The position numbers were made by a program, and so were the translations under genes. DNA of 52,828 bases, counting the filler, from Sphacelaria rigidula (lineage: Eukaryota), in the NCBI GenBank assembly GCA_964200075.2. It is 2 parts of 2 records of this genome, joined end to end, with 100 filler letters (N's around TTAATTAATTAA, not from the genome) between each part and the next. Parts side by side here need not be neighbours in the genome. Positions count along the whole stretch, not along the records: positions 1 to 26,391 come from CAXNAA020000139.1; 1 more part is not named here. The stretch is one strand, 5' to 3'. The notes under the pieces are model-generated. The model was not told the DNA's origin and did no database searches. It saw only the letters and a list, made by a program, of their open reading frames with translations. Positions 11,103-23,999 of this stretch are shown one piece after another; position 1 is the stretch's first letter; every line of letters starts with the position of its first letter.

Positions 11103-14100
11103 ATGTCCGGAAGGCGCCACCACAAGGACCGGGACAGAGAGAGCAATGGGGGCGGAGGAGGCAGCAGCTATCATTATGGCGCTTCGGACTCTAACAAGGT
11201 GCTCAAACTCGTCTCATTCCACGTTCGAAGAACCTCGGTGTGTCTTCCCCCCGCGAGGAAAAAATTATTCATGTCTTTAGCTGCTCTTCCCATGCGGTAC
11301 TGTCACACGACCCGTGAACATTGCAAGAACACTAGTCTAACACGTGCTCCCCACTTGTTTGTTCGGTCCCCTGTGTTCTACACCGCTTCATCATGAGACA
11401 GGCCGAGGAAGGCCGCTCCGGCTCGATTACATCGGCAGGGCATAAACGGACGAAATCGTCATCTGGGTTTTCGGCGCGTTTGGGGAAAATGCAGGTGAAC
11501 TTTTCTTCTACTCGGCTTCGATGTGTACGCTGCAGAAAGATGTGGCTGTTGTGAATGCTTGCGAGTTAGCTCTTGTGTGATGGCGGACAAATGAAGGAAA
11601 CATGCAGTGATCGGCAGAGGAGAAAATGCCGTCCGAGAACAGCCCCCATCAGGCGGTATCTGGGTTCACCGCCTGATCGTAATTGTGCTACCCTGTCCGA
11701 GGATATATGTTCCTGAATTCTGGAGCTCTATCGAAACTGAAAACTACCGAAAACATCTTCGCTGAAAATACCTGATGTTCTTTCTTATTCATCGATCACA
11801 ATGCCCCCTAAGTAAAGTGTTACCCAGTACCAGCTAATGCGAACAGTCAGGGATGCGTCCGTGAGGGGACAGCGTAGGGAAGAGTTGGTTAGATTGGTTT
11901 CTTCGTCCTTGTGAAACCGCGGTACGGCATCGTCATCCAGCTCCAAACTCATGACCGACACAACAGGAAGCATTAGGCATGGCCACTGGCGCGGCGCAGG
12001 GCACGGAGAAGCGACGAGGGCGCGCCAAGGGCGGAGGAGCGTATGACCCGCGTTTCGTCAATCGAGCAGACCGCATTAATCCGCAGGAGACCGAAAATTT
12101 CTCTTCGAGCTTTCTTATTCGAGGCGTCGTCATTCTCAACATCGCCTCTGGAACAGCCTGTGAGTTCAAGTGCCAACTTCGATATCACTTGGGATGCGTC
12201 CATGTGTACTGTGCTAGCGCGCGCCTGTTCTCAAAAAAGTGTACTCGGTCTGTCCACACGGGGCCCGGTTTGGAAACACCCGAGTGCGATGATCTATCAA
12301 CGGTCATGTGGCGTCATATCCTTGCTGGCGTTTTGCAGTGTTCATGGGAGAAATCATGTATTCTTTACCCTGGTACTTCATGACCCACCAAAAAAACGTG
12401 GCTCATCAGGCAGTACAAAGCGAGAGGACAGCGAAATTATGTGCCTCGATAACATGCCAAAAAGAATCTTGCCACCCCTCACATGCACGACCATTCGATG
12501 TGTTTGGCCGGAAAACGTACGCTTGGATCATCGTGGCGCTGTGTTCGCGATGACCCCTGAAGGTAAGGCTCCGTCCGGTCAGTGAACTCGGTATAAAATT
12601 ACGAGAGCGTGGGTGCAGATAAGATGATGTTGAGCGACTTCGGCTTTTTTGCGTGTACATCTGTCTGTTCACGCATGAAATTTGATTCCCCGTGTTTTCA
12701 TCGGCATCCGGTACACGTTTATGTGGGCAGGTGTAGGGTACCCTTCTCCCGTTTAACCTTCGATCCTTTTTCAGTATAATCTGCTTGATCACGTGCAGTG
12801 AGTAGGCAGGAGCACTCGCGTCAGTAACCGAAAATGACTGTCCGGCACCTTGGCACGGTGCCGATTTTCTCGTGACTATCCGAGTCTCCTCAAGCGGCGT
12901 ATTCGGGCTGTGGCCAAATCGACGCAAGCCCGTCCTCGAGCTTTGAAACTACCCTTGAATAACGTGTTCAGACATGGGTTTTCACGTTCTCACCTCCCCA
13001 GGCACGAGGTTCGGGTCTAGTACGTGTTGAAAGGTGCCTCGAAAGTTTAGTTGGAGCTGCACAAAGCCCGAATGGTGCATGGCGAAACTGGAAGTTTTTG
13101 AATTGTTCCGACCCTTTCGATCGCTTCACTTCATGCAAACTGTACGGTACACCCGATGGGATGTTTTAATGGCATTGAATTTGTTCCGTCAGCTTTTTCC
13201 GAATCTTGTTTGGAGTGGTTCCCGCGAAGCTGTCCGCAATTTTGAGCGCTAAGACGCTACTTTACGGGGTACCAGTTCGCGTGGAGTATCCCCCACGGCT
13301 ACGCTGCGCACTTGTCGGAGGCGATGTGCCGTCCAATCAGAGTACCTGAGGATTCAATCCATCATGCTGCTTTCGCAAGCCCTTTCGCACTCGTGCTATC
13401 AAGTTCCCGCTATGGTTCCCCGGGTGTTGACACCCGCGGTTGTCCGTGTTCCGTCAACTAGAGCATGCCCATGATACACTTCCTGTGTAACATATGTTGT
13501 AAATATTTATTACGGTTGTCATGTTGGTGGATGTGAAAGGCAACCCAAACGTCACCAAAACCCACGTACAAAATCTATCCCGTTGTCGCTATCGGTGGAA
13601 CCACGAATGAGAGTAACGGTGTTGGTTGGGTCGGTAATATACGTCACCCTTGCATTCTCCAATTGAAGTATGTCCCCTATGCACTCTTCCATTGCTGACA
13701 CCATGTAATGTTCGATGCCTCTTACCCCCTCATAATCCAGTGTGTGTCTCTAAAGAGGAGTAAGCTATGCGCTGTCATCCCGACTGTTCAACAGCAGGGT
13801 GGTCTGTGTTATGATTTATTTCATGCCGCAGACACAACGGCATTGTAGCCTCTCCATAACCTCATGTTTTTTCATGCCTTTCTCCGATGCAGACATGATT
13901 TGGCGCTTCACGGACACTCGCAATGTGCCGGAGTTTTTCATCTGGTGGTGGTGGACTTACTATATGGTGGAGTTTTTCTTGGTTTTCGCCATCTGGCTAG
14001 GTCACACGCAGCGTCTCTTCGCGGTGCAGCGTGTACGGGTTACGATGGATCAAATCGTGGCGGTGAGTATGATGAATCATCCAGGTTATTTATCCCCTGT

Positions 14101-17100
14101 GGACGTCGCCGGCCCCTTGCATTGAGTAGGCAAGGCATGTTTATATGCCCGAAGGTCACAGGTGATGTGGATTATATTCGATTTGGTCAAACACTGCTGG
14201 TGACGATCTTGAGCTTTTGAAGTAAGCGGCTGGCGGCATCACGTGTCCATTTCTATTTTCGTCGAAGCGCTGGAATGGACGACGGTAAAGAGTGCCGTGA
14301 ACTGTACTGTTACTACAAGTTCATGAATATTCAGGTTATACATCATCTTTTTTCCATCTAGCAACAAACTTTGAAACATTTTCAGAGTGTCGAAATTTCA
14401 TTTTACGTACTCGGGAGGACCCATCTGCTGTCGTGAAACCACATATTACATACAGCGGAGGTGCTCCAAGAGACTGCTGATGAGATTTGTGATGCCGAGA
14501 TTTTATCCGCACTGTTGAGGGCATTTGTCAACACAATCGCGTTAGGTATTTTTAGTTTTTTCCCGAGGCGTTCCCTAGAGCTGGCTCCAATCGGAATTAT
14601 GAAGTAACCTCACGTGATGACTCTGTTACCGTCGCGGTCTGGCGAAGCATTTTTTGATCCACTGAAGGTATACACTATAAGATATCCACAAACAGGTGTC
14701 AAACGCATCAAATGTAACGACTCAACATTTCTCTCTGGAACGTTGTAGCCGCCCTCGGTGATGGACTGCATAGGTGCTGATAACTCCAGGACGTGCAAGA
14801 TGCATCTCCCCCATCATCTCTACATCATTTGAAGTACACTTCGGTGGCCAAGTTCTCCTCTAGTTCGAGAAAAGTTCACGAGGAGACACCACGTTTTTGC
14901 GATGTCTCTTCGAGCAGCCCGACTAGCCGCGAAGTAAGTCCAACCGTCAAGAATGAAGCATGAAAATATTATCGGTCGTGACTGGCCATCATCTTCTCCA
15001 CGTGCAAATATCTCGGGATGAGACTCCAGAGGAAAAAATCCTCATCGAACCAAGTCGAGTAATATCATGATGAATCGAGGGCGAGAGAGTTTATGTTCGA
15101 GCTGCTTGTCGAAGACTGCAAAAACGTATGAGAAAGTCATTTTGAGATCTTGTGCGACTTTCCGCGGAAACCATCCCAAAAGAATTAGTTTTCAACACCG
15201 CATTCCACAGTCAAAGAACTAGGAAGTCCTCGGAATTTGTACATCCATGGCCATGATCTATAATGCGTGCAGACGGTGAAGTCGGCCATGACTTTCAATT
15301 CGTGCTTGTGTTACCTGTGGTACCTTGTACGGAAATGATCCTCGGGGACACAGGATGAATGTGATAGCAGCACACGAGCAGTAGCACCTGTTGTAATAGG
15401 GATCGGAATGACGGGCGCATCAACCCCTACTACAGCGAACTGCAGCAAGTACCACTATAGTCTTGTTGCGAGCAGAGCAGTTGTGGAGGAAAGGTTTGTG
15501 CTATACCCCACTCGAACCTCACGTGACAGGAGTGCGGTAGCAACCGTCTCAGTACAAAAATAGTTGGCAATCGGTGTCAGGCACATTGAGCTTGGAGCGA
15601 TGATACGATCGGTCAATGCACAAACGCTTCCGATAAAAAATTGTCGAAAACGACTAAAAACTGAGCCCGAGATTTTTGCTGCAGCATGTGCGGCACAACC
15701 GACTGTAACCGAAAATCCCATCAAAGTCGTTTTTCGCTAATTCCGCCGCGCATGGTACCTCTATCTCTGCACGCCCGCGCTTGGCTACAGTTGAGTGTTT
15801 CGCTAAATGAAACGTTGTCGGATCGCAGTGCAAAAGTTATAGATGTCCCCCCGCGTGAGCAATCTCTTCGCCTCCACGCTCTCAACGTCAAGTGTTGCCC
15901 GAATTCAATTCGGAAGATGCGATATCTTTGTTTTTCTTCATGTACTCCGCTTGTTTTCTGTTTTCTCTCACTCGTTACTCGCTCTTTTTGCAATGGTACG
16001 CGCGCGTCTTGAAGCGAGCAAAGCTTCGTGTTTGTAACTCATTTTCGGGTGCATATACGGTGAGAACCTGTCCAACACGGATAGTTCTGAATCCCCACTT
16101 ACCTCGACGTTGTGCAGATCGATCCTGCTGTTGGAGCAAACGCCGTGGTGGCCATTTTGCTGCCCACCGCAGGAGAAAGGCTTGACGTCGTACTCAAGTG
16201 CCTGTTGGGTGCCTCGAGCCAGAGGTCTTGGCCAAGTGCGGCGCCTGGGAAGATGGGCAGAGGCGATGGGCTGCGCGTGATAGTATTGGACGAGAAGCGT
16301 CGCAAGGTCAGCCATGCGTATTTTGGGAGAAAGAGGCCTGTCCGACGGTCTTGACTATTGACATGTTCAGTCCTGCGGGTAGCTTGACGTCAGTTCAGCT
16401 GCGCTGGAGGGTCCAAAATAGTGTGTTACAGATCGACACGAAGCCTGCATTGCAGCGAAAGCGTTGGTGTCCGCCGACAGGTCGTGGAGAAATATGAGGG
16501 TAATGTTTGTTGCGTTTACGGTGCTGGGTGATTCGGGCGGGATACGGAAATGTTTTGTACGCGTCCACTGTGCTGAAGGACCTGAGGCAGAAACATGTGT
16601 CGTTGCTGTGTTGTTGTACAGGCACCACAAGGACTTCAACCTGCCCGATGAACCGTGCACACAGGCTCTCGGCATTCCCGTTCTTTTATACTTTCAGGTA
16701 GTGCCCGCGTATAGCGAGTATCTGCTAACCCTTGACTACAATGGGATGTCACGCAAGAGGCGACTGGGGTCGCTGATGTGTTCCTCGTCCGACTGACTGC
16801 GACGAAGGTGACGAGCCTTGTGTCAGGGTCGTCGCACTGAAGTCATTTCTTGGTGATTTTCCCGCGTGCGCAATGTACACCTTCAGGAGATTTACATCCT
16901 CACGTCGGGTGTGCACGCGCTGGCGACACAGATCCTCACCCCCTCAACGCGTAAGATCCTCCAAGCTGAGGGCGTGCGTAACTTGACTCCGTTGGCATTC
17001 TACGAGTGGTGTCACGAGAAGCGAGGGTTCGGAAAAGTGCACATCTTCAAGGACGTGGGGTAAGAAAGGATGAAATGTACTCGTCGAACTAACCTCATCT

Positions 17101-20100
17101 TGACGGGGATGGGATGTAGATGTTCGACCCGGATCATGGTATACGTCCGTTCCGTTTATGTTAAGGTTATTTTGTAGGTTTAATTGGCTCAAAGATGAAG
17201 CATCAGGATCAAACAAATTGAATCCTGGCATGGTGGCATGTTTTGAAATGTACGAACACCACAAGTGTAATGTTGGCTGACGTCAGAGTCTTCTTTGATC
17301 CGTCCTTCTCAGGAGGGATTTCTTCGAAGCGGCACCTCGCACAATCGTGAATTCTTATCCGATCATCCATAATTTTGAACTCTTGGTCTCAGACTGAGCC
17401 GCGCTGTGGCCATGGTGCGGCAAATGGATGAGCTCGTAACCGGTGATGACGGGGGTGACTTGTACCGCCTAGACAGGAGGGAAAATTATGCTCAGATGGG
17501 CGTTGACGAAGATATCACGAAGTCGAGGGGTGGGGATGAAGTGGAAGAGCTGACTCACGGAGTCAGTCTTCTGGCTGACGAGTCGGTTCACGTCACCCCT
17601 GGATTCTTCCAGGTACGTTTTCGTGTTTGTCCCGGCCCTTATCATGAGACCCGCGGTCGATATGAATATGTCTGGTTGATCGAAACATTCCGGCGGATGT
17701 TGTCAGTTGCCGTGTGCAGAGATCCATGGCATGGAGACCGCTGAGATGACGAACACACCGCCCCCTCCAAGCTCATCTCCTTCCATGACAACATGTCATG
17801 TTCCATGTCGTGTCCCTCGACTACACACCACTTGTGCTTCGGGTAAATTCGGCGAGGCCTGAGATTTCATTGCTACGTTTCCAACAGCCTGTCGCGACCG
17901 TCCTATCGTGTTTTACATGGATTTAAGTAGTGACCGCTGCGTGACTGTAACGATTCGTTCTTACTCGATTTTTGAGTTTTGTGTCTGATGATTGCTCACG
18001 CCTTCATCTTGTCTCCGAATTTTTTTGGCTGCATCAGGTGTTCCGTGGACAGGCGAAGCAAGCAGTGACGATGATCTACTATTCGAGGAAGGATGCTGGT
18101 ACTCCCAAAATCAGTCCCAAGGCCGGAAACATGGTCAGTATCGGGACGAGACGCACCCAGTCTTCCGATACTGCTGGCTGCCTTTATCAAACCCTGCCGG
18201 AATCTCCTGGCGAATCAAATGTTCAGGGCGTTAGTATGGTTGAACTACTCGGTAACCTTAAACGTCAACCGCTGTGTGTTTTTTCCACTGGCGTCGTTCA
18301 TGTCCGACTGCTTCCATGTACTGAATGTTTTTCACTCCGTGCAACAATGTTGGGTTGCTCCCGCCGCTATCATATCGCAGAACGCTGCAATGTTCCCCAT
18401 GGACGATCCAACGTCACCACCGCTTATTGGTCCAAGCACCATCGTGGTTGTAAACGACGCCCGTCACCAGCTGCAACCGGAATTCCTGCAGAGAACTGCC
18501 CCCTACTTCTTTGACGTGGATGGCATCACTGGCCAGTACAAGTGGGCCAAGGTACGGGACCGCTGCTCCATGGTGTCCCTTGGACTGTAATACACGCGTA
18601 GAACACGAAGGATGTGTGGCATCTCCCCTTGTGGTCTGCATCATTTTTTGGGAACAGTAGATGGTGAACATAACTGCTATCAACATGTTTTCAAATGTTA
18701 TCCTGTGCACGTTTACCCCAAATACGTGTTGTGGCCCTCACTTCATCGTGTATTTGCAGGTGGCGTTCGTGCAGACGCCGCAACGTTTCAGGCAAGATCT
18801 GCCAGATGACCCTTTGGGCAACCACGCCGCATCTCACGTGAGTAAAACTGTATCTTCTGTTCGTTCAAGTTCATTGAGGTGCGGATGATGACTTTCGATG
18901 TGGATCGAAGCAACACAGTGATGCAGTGAAGCTTGTCTAACCTCCAGCCTTTAGATGTGAACATGCGCGTGTTTGTATGCAGAATTTTTTGAATTTCATG
19001 TCGAATCACATCGTGGATGAGAATGCCTGAAGACCCGTTGTTGTTGTAACCGCCGTCTTCAATCCTACTGCACAGTGAAATAGAGGTGTAACGTGCGTAT
19101 GGCGTTGTCATTCGCTCGTGCCGTTTTTCTCGCCAGTACGATGTTATCAACATCGGTAAAGACGGTATCGGAGCTGTGTCATCCAGTGGACAGGGCAGTC
19201 TTTGGCGTGTGGAGGCTTTGAAAGGTAGGTCCCCTGACGGGAAAACAGGAGTTGACGCCAAGGATCTCAAGCTTGTCGGGAAGGAGCTGGGATTCCGATC
19301 TGAGATGCTTATCGAGGACACTCACACCTCCATCGACCTCTTCCGTCAGGTGAGATGAACTCCGTGTATTTTTTCGAACTTTGATGAGAATTCACGGCAT
19401 TATTATGTGTTGCGTCGAAGAGGACATGTGTCGGTCATCGAGAGGGGTGTATTCTTGAGGTTATTCTTCAGTACCTTGTATCTGCAGCGCACGGCCATGG
19501 ATGAATGCTGTTTTGTTCACGAACGTGTAATACCTACCGACTTGGTTGTAGCCGTTGAACGATATACCCTCGACGCTCAGTATGTGAGTCGTGCTTGGTA
19601 ACTTTGATGCACTACATATATCCTCTCCCCCGAACAATACCTAGGGATGGCGCAGCGTGTACATCAACGAGCCTGGAGAGGTGCTGGCGTGGTGCACACA
19701 CCAACCGCACAACTTGGCGTGGCGTATTAAGCAAGTATTGCGGTGGCATCAAGGCGCCGTACAGATCCTTTACGGGAAGGGTATCCGCTACACCAGCTTT
19801 GGCGGACACTTTCCCACCATCTGGCACCGGATATACGCTTTCGATCAGGCTACTTACTACCTCCAGGTGATTGTTGATGCTGCACATGAAATATCTGGGA
19901 TGATCCCGACGAAATCAAACTCGGCACAACGGCCAACAGAGGAGTATGGCGCGATTTCTTCAAAATGGTCATTTTGAACAAGACAAAACGTTGCACACCG
20001 ATGACTGCTTTTCAGGACGGCCGAGGCATCGTCAGACGTTCCTGATTTTAATGCCACCACTCTTATGAACCAACGTCAGCTCTTGCGGGGGAGAGAAAAG

Positions 20101-21974
20101 TGCGCTTTGCCCCATGATCTCACGATGACGAGGCTTGAGTATACTTAAGATGGTGAAGGTTGGAGCAGGATCAAGTCTTGCATACGCTTGTCTCAACGCG
20201 CGATCCGTTTTCCATACTCATTGAAATGGAATCTCGTGAGTCCCACCACATGAAATCACGGAAGAAGGCACGTTTTTGTTCGAGCGACAACGTCCGATCT
20301 TGATGAACAAATGGACTGCTCGTTCTTTTCGACTGCTCCCCGGCCAGGCCATTCCCGGGTACGTATTGCTGCTGATGCCTGTCATCTACGGTATCACCGG
20401 TCAATCGCCCTTCAACACGGAGATCACACCCTACTTCTCTTGTGAGTTGTCAGTGTTGGTTGGTTACTTGCGTCGCTGTCCCGACTGGGTTAATCGATAT
20501 TCAATGAGAGTGCGGGTTTGCTCGTGATGTCGTCCGCTGTGTATGTAGGTCTTTGACATAAAGTGCTGTTCATCCATCCCCTCCTTGATGCATGATGCTC
20601 GATGTCGGTGTGAAGTCGCAGCTGGAGTTTGTTATTTCGTCCACCTCACATGTTTTTCCTGAAAGCCCGTTTAATTTGACCTGCCGCAACGTCTGATGAT
20701 TTTGTCCTGTCCGCTGCTATCCCCGTCTCGATGCGTCTCGGACCTGTCACCCGGTAGACTTCGTACCGTTCATCGTAACCGCCGTGCTGCCCACGGTCAT
20801 TTCGGCCCAGTGGAGAGGGGTGGACTCACACCGACTAACTCGTGACGAACAGACTTGGCTTTCGACGTGTTACGTCCAGGTCTACGCCTTCCTTCAGGTA
20901 TCCGATTTTTTCCTCACAGAGATTTGTCCGGTTTACGCCTCTGCCGAATTTTTTGCTACATATTCGTGGATGCAGGAATTTTGACTCCTGTACGCCCCTG
21001 GTGTGCAACTCCATAATTTATTTATTTTTCCCTTGATAGAAGGAGGAAACCCAAGCCAACATTCATCCCGCTGGCGATCGCAAACGATGCAACTCCATGA
21101 CGACTATTCTGAAAGCTCTTAATTTGCATGGTATGTTCTTCGTGTCCTTTCATATCTCGTAGTTGGTAGGTTGCGTGGGTTACTCGAAATTTCTGTGTCG
21201 ACTGCAACAATCTGAAAGCAATGGTTCTCCGAACGATCACAATGTCGTGAGCCATGCGTTTGGTCGGGTGTTCCTCCGTGCGATCTCTCGAGACTGTTTT
21301 ATTCCACACATTTCGTGTCCAGTGCTTGGTGCTGTCTGTAAAAATCTGGGCTCCTCTTTTCATTCGCTGTGCAGGTGACGTGGTCGAAGTTGATGCGGAA
21401 GAAAGCCGAGAACGCCTGGGTGGCCAAGGTGCCCACTTGGCCCCTCACGGTGGTGTTTGTGGCGCAGTTCGGAGCCATCGGGGGTGCTGTCTGTGAGTTT
21501 CGTCGAATATTGTATAGTAAAACATCTCGGAACATGGTTTCATCGTTGATCGAGGAGGGCGTGGATGAACTTCACTTGACTGACCCCACCTGTCCCAGCC
21601 ACCCGACATGCTTGCTGACATCATTGTGTTGATACGCTACTTTTGTTTCTTCGATTCTTTGTAGCTTCGTAATTGTACCACAATATGTGAACATTGTGCT
21701 TACGATCCACAACATCGCCGTTGGTTCTGCCCTTCGTCCTTTTCTCGTTTTAGACTGGACTCTTCGAAACAAATTTAAGACGTACTACAAGAACACCCTG
21801 TCCATCTGCGCCGGTGCGGGTCTGGGTATGTTTTACCTGTGGCCCATGATAGCTCTGCAGCTCGGTATCAAGAGGCCGTCGTTCTGGTTTTTCAAGCTCA
21901 CCGCCTACGTCATTTTGGGAGTGGCGATGATCATTCTCGGCAACATCCCTGGCCTGGAGTTGAAGATCGGATAA
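11103..21974 (+). CDS. CesA: Cellulose synthase-like processive GT2 glycosyltransferase, paralogue B (16 exons, 828 aa)
   Basis: Exons 11103-11198, 11402-11494, 11967-12159, 13893-14062, 16118-16306, 16887-17059, 17393-17612, 18038-18133, 18381-18551, 18760-18837, 19137-19349, 19645-19866, 20348-20441, 20758-20897, 21375-21492, 21754-21974. All GT-AG, phases consistent, 2487 nt with no internal stop. BcsA/CesA motifs in order: VAILLPTAGE (cf. VDILIPTYNE), LRVIVLDEKRR (cf. VYVLDDGRR), PKAGNM (cf. AKAGNL), NDARH (cf. FDADH), VAFVQTPQRF, GQGSLWRVEAL, LIEDTHTS (TED), GWRSVY, QVLRWHQG (QxxRW), followed by multiple C-terminal TM segments. The start has a good Kozak context (accgccATG); an upstream in-frame ATG exists at 11019. 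Confidence 0.93.
12250..13750 (-). mobile_element. Possible decayed Copia integrase relic in CesA-B intron 3
   Basis: The minus frame ...QG*FQSSRTGLRRFGHSPNTP... resembles the integrase GEF..F.....GI.....PNTPQQNG segment. Otherwise unrecognisable. Confidence 0.25.
14200..15900 (-). mobile_element. Decayed Ty1/Copia reverse transcriptase / RNase H relic in CesA-B intron 4
   Basis: Minus-strand remnants in order: IRFCSLRQAART* (~15130-15090; cf. KSLYGLRQAAR.W), LHVEKMMAS (~15000; cf. LYVDDML), MHLARPGVISTYAVH (~14800; cf. MYLA..TRPDI.YAV), YTFSGSKNASPDRDG (cf. AFSDA.W...D). Confidence 0.5.
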
Positions 21975-22119
21975 ATGACCGTGTGATCGAGTTTGAGATG
22001 AGAACGGATTCAGAGGGGCGGGGGGGGGGGGGGGGGGGGGAAACCAGAGGGGGGGGGGGGGCGGGGGTTCCAGGGACTAGCCTGGGGGTCGGGGTTCCTG
22101 GCTAATTGGAAAAAAAAAA

Positions 22120-22129
22120 NNNNNNNNNN
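22120..22129. other. Assembly gap flanked by low-quality G-rich sequence
   Basis: Run of N. The sequence just upstream (~22045-22100) is a G-corrupted duplicate of ~22200-22275. Confidence 0.9.
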
Positions 22130-23999
22130 GGGAGGGGGTGGAGGAGAGTGGGGGGGGGAGTGGGGGGGGGGGGGGCGGGGGCGGGGGGGGGTCGTGAACA
22201 CAGATGGCGGCTGAGGCCTGAGGTTCCAAGTACTAGCCTCGGTGTCGAGATTCCTTGCTAATTGGAAAATAAAAACGAGAACAACTCGAGAAGCAACAGA
22301 ACTTGTGTAATTTGATTGCTGTGGGTGACGAGCTTTTTACATTGATGAATTGGTTTGAGTTCAACCACAAGGCGGGGAGACTGTGGCGAACAAACTACTG
22401 GGTGTTTACGCGTGTGTCACGTACCGTCCCCCAAACTTGGAGTCCATCAGCTGTTGACTGTATCTGATGGGTTGTGCGCAGGTAGTTGTTTCCCTCACCT
22501 TACGCATGTTACTACAAGCGATCGTTGTAGTAGTGGAACATGACGTCATTCAGTGTATTGGTTGATGTTGGCCCTCCCGTATAATGCGATACGAGAGGAC
22601 GCGCCGTTGTTGTTACTGGTTTCTTGAACATGAAGCTGCTAGCTTCTCGAGGAGGCTCTGAACGCGCAAGGAGAATCGATGTTTTCCACGTATGTGTCGG
22701 CCACGTTTCATCCGCACAGAAGATGTGAGCGTGTTTGCGACGATGTCCCTCACTCTTTCATTTTTGTGTCTAAAGTCTCCTGAGAGTCGCGGCAAGGGTA
22801 GACGGGGGTGCCTCTGGCGGTTTTTGGAACTAGTAGCATATTTGTCCATTCGAACTGAATTCATGGGTCAAGTTCATTCCATGTGTTGGAATTGCCTTGC
22901 CCCAAATCCCAACCTCAACCCTTTCTGTATCCAAAATTCCCCAAGTACTCAAAAAGTATTCGAAGCGTCCGTGGTACGACGTGCGTCCTGTTCTCTGTGA
23001 AAGCTTTTATTCCTCCTGTACGTTGTGTAATATTTTTTGTGTGTTTGTTTTCACTTGATTGCGTGTCTTGACAGTGGGGTGCACGAGAGGTGTCGAGTCC
23101 GTTGTGAGCGCAGCAGTCGTCGGCCTGTCGCTGTCGGTATGTTGCTTTTTTACTCAACTTACATGTAGTTGTCGCCGTGTCTGTAGTCACAGCGTCCTGG
23201 CCCCCATGTTTTCTGTACAGTTTGAGCAAGAATCAAAGGAAACATCGTTCTGATACCATGCGGTCCTTTTAGATTTGTGGATTGACGTGCCCCCACGAGT
23301 ATTGAGAGGTTTTAGTTGCGAATAGGCCGGCGCAAGTATGTATGTCGTCTTGGCTTCTCTTGCAGTGGTCCAAGCTGTTTTGTTTGGTTTGGTTTGGTTT
23401 GATTTGTTTTTTTTCTCTTCCTGTTGTTGGTCCGGATTTCATCTCGAATGTTGTCATGAACTCCCCACTTTCCCCCCTCCCCTTTTTTTGCGCCCTTCGA
23501 AACTCTGCAACATACAGCTTGTCTGCGCAATTGGTGACGTTTTGGTACCCGGCGGATATGGTCCCCGCCTGTTTTTTTCTGATGCACCTGATGATGTGGA
23601 AAAGAACAAACGAGCCGCCTGGGCGGTGCTCGTTTCGGCCAGAGGTGTTCTGTTCGATGATGTCGTTCGTGTGCTCTCAAACAGGATACTGTTTCGTAAT
23701 TATAGCCGTTGTAGGGGGGCGGCGTTGTGTACGTCGAGTGTCATATCAATCGGTGCGCGGGGGTTGCTACTACTGTCGTCTTTTTTCTGTCGCAATTCAT
23801 TTTGATTTCCAGAGTAAAAGGGGTTGGGGGAACAAATGAAGAATCCTTCTGTCGAATGCTACAGTCTCTCCTTGTCCGTGTTTTGTTTCCCTTAGTAGGG
23901 TCCGTTGTTGACTTACTGTATCATCTTCTGTACCCTCTGCGGACCTTGGGGCGTTGAAAATACATTTCAAGTCCCACAACAGCCAGCCATAATTTGTAT

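Noticed and set aside
22010-22200. Poly-G tracts / G-quadruplex and the Pro-rich ORF 22010-22201
   Set aside because: Adjacent to an N gap and a G-corrupted duplicate of ~22200-22275; sequencing artefact.
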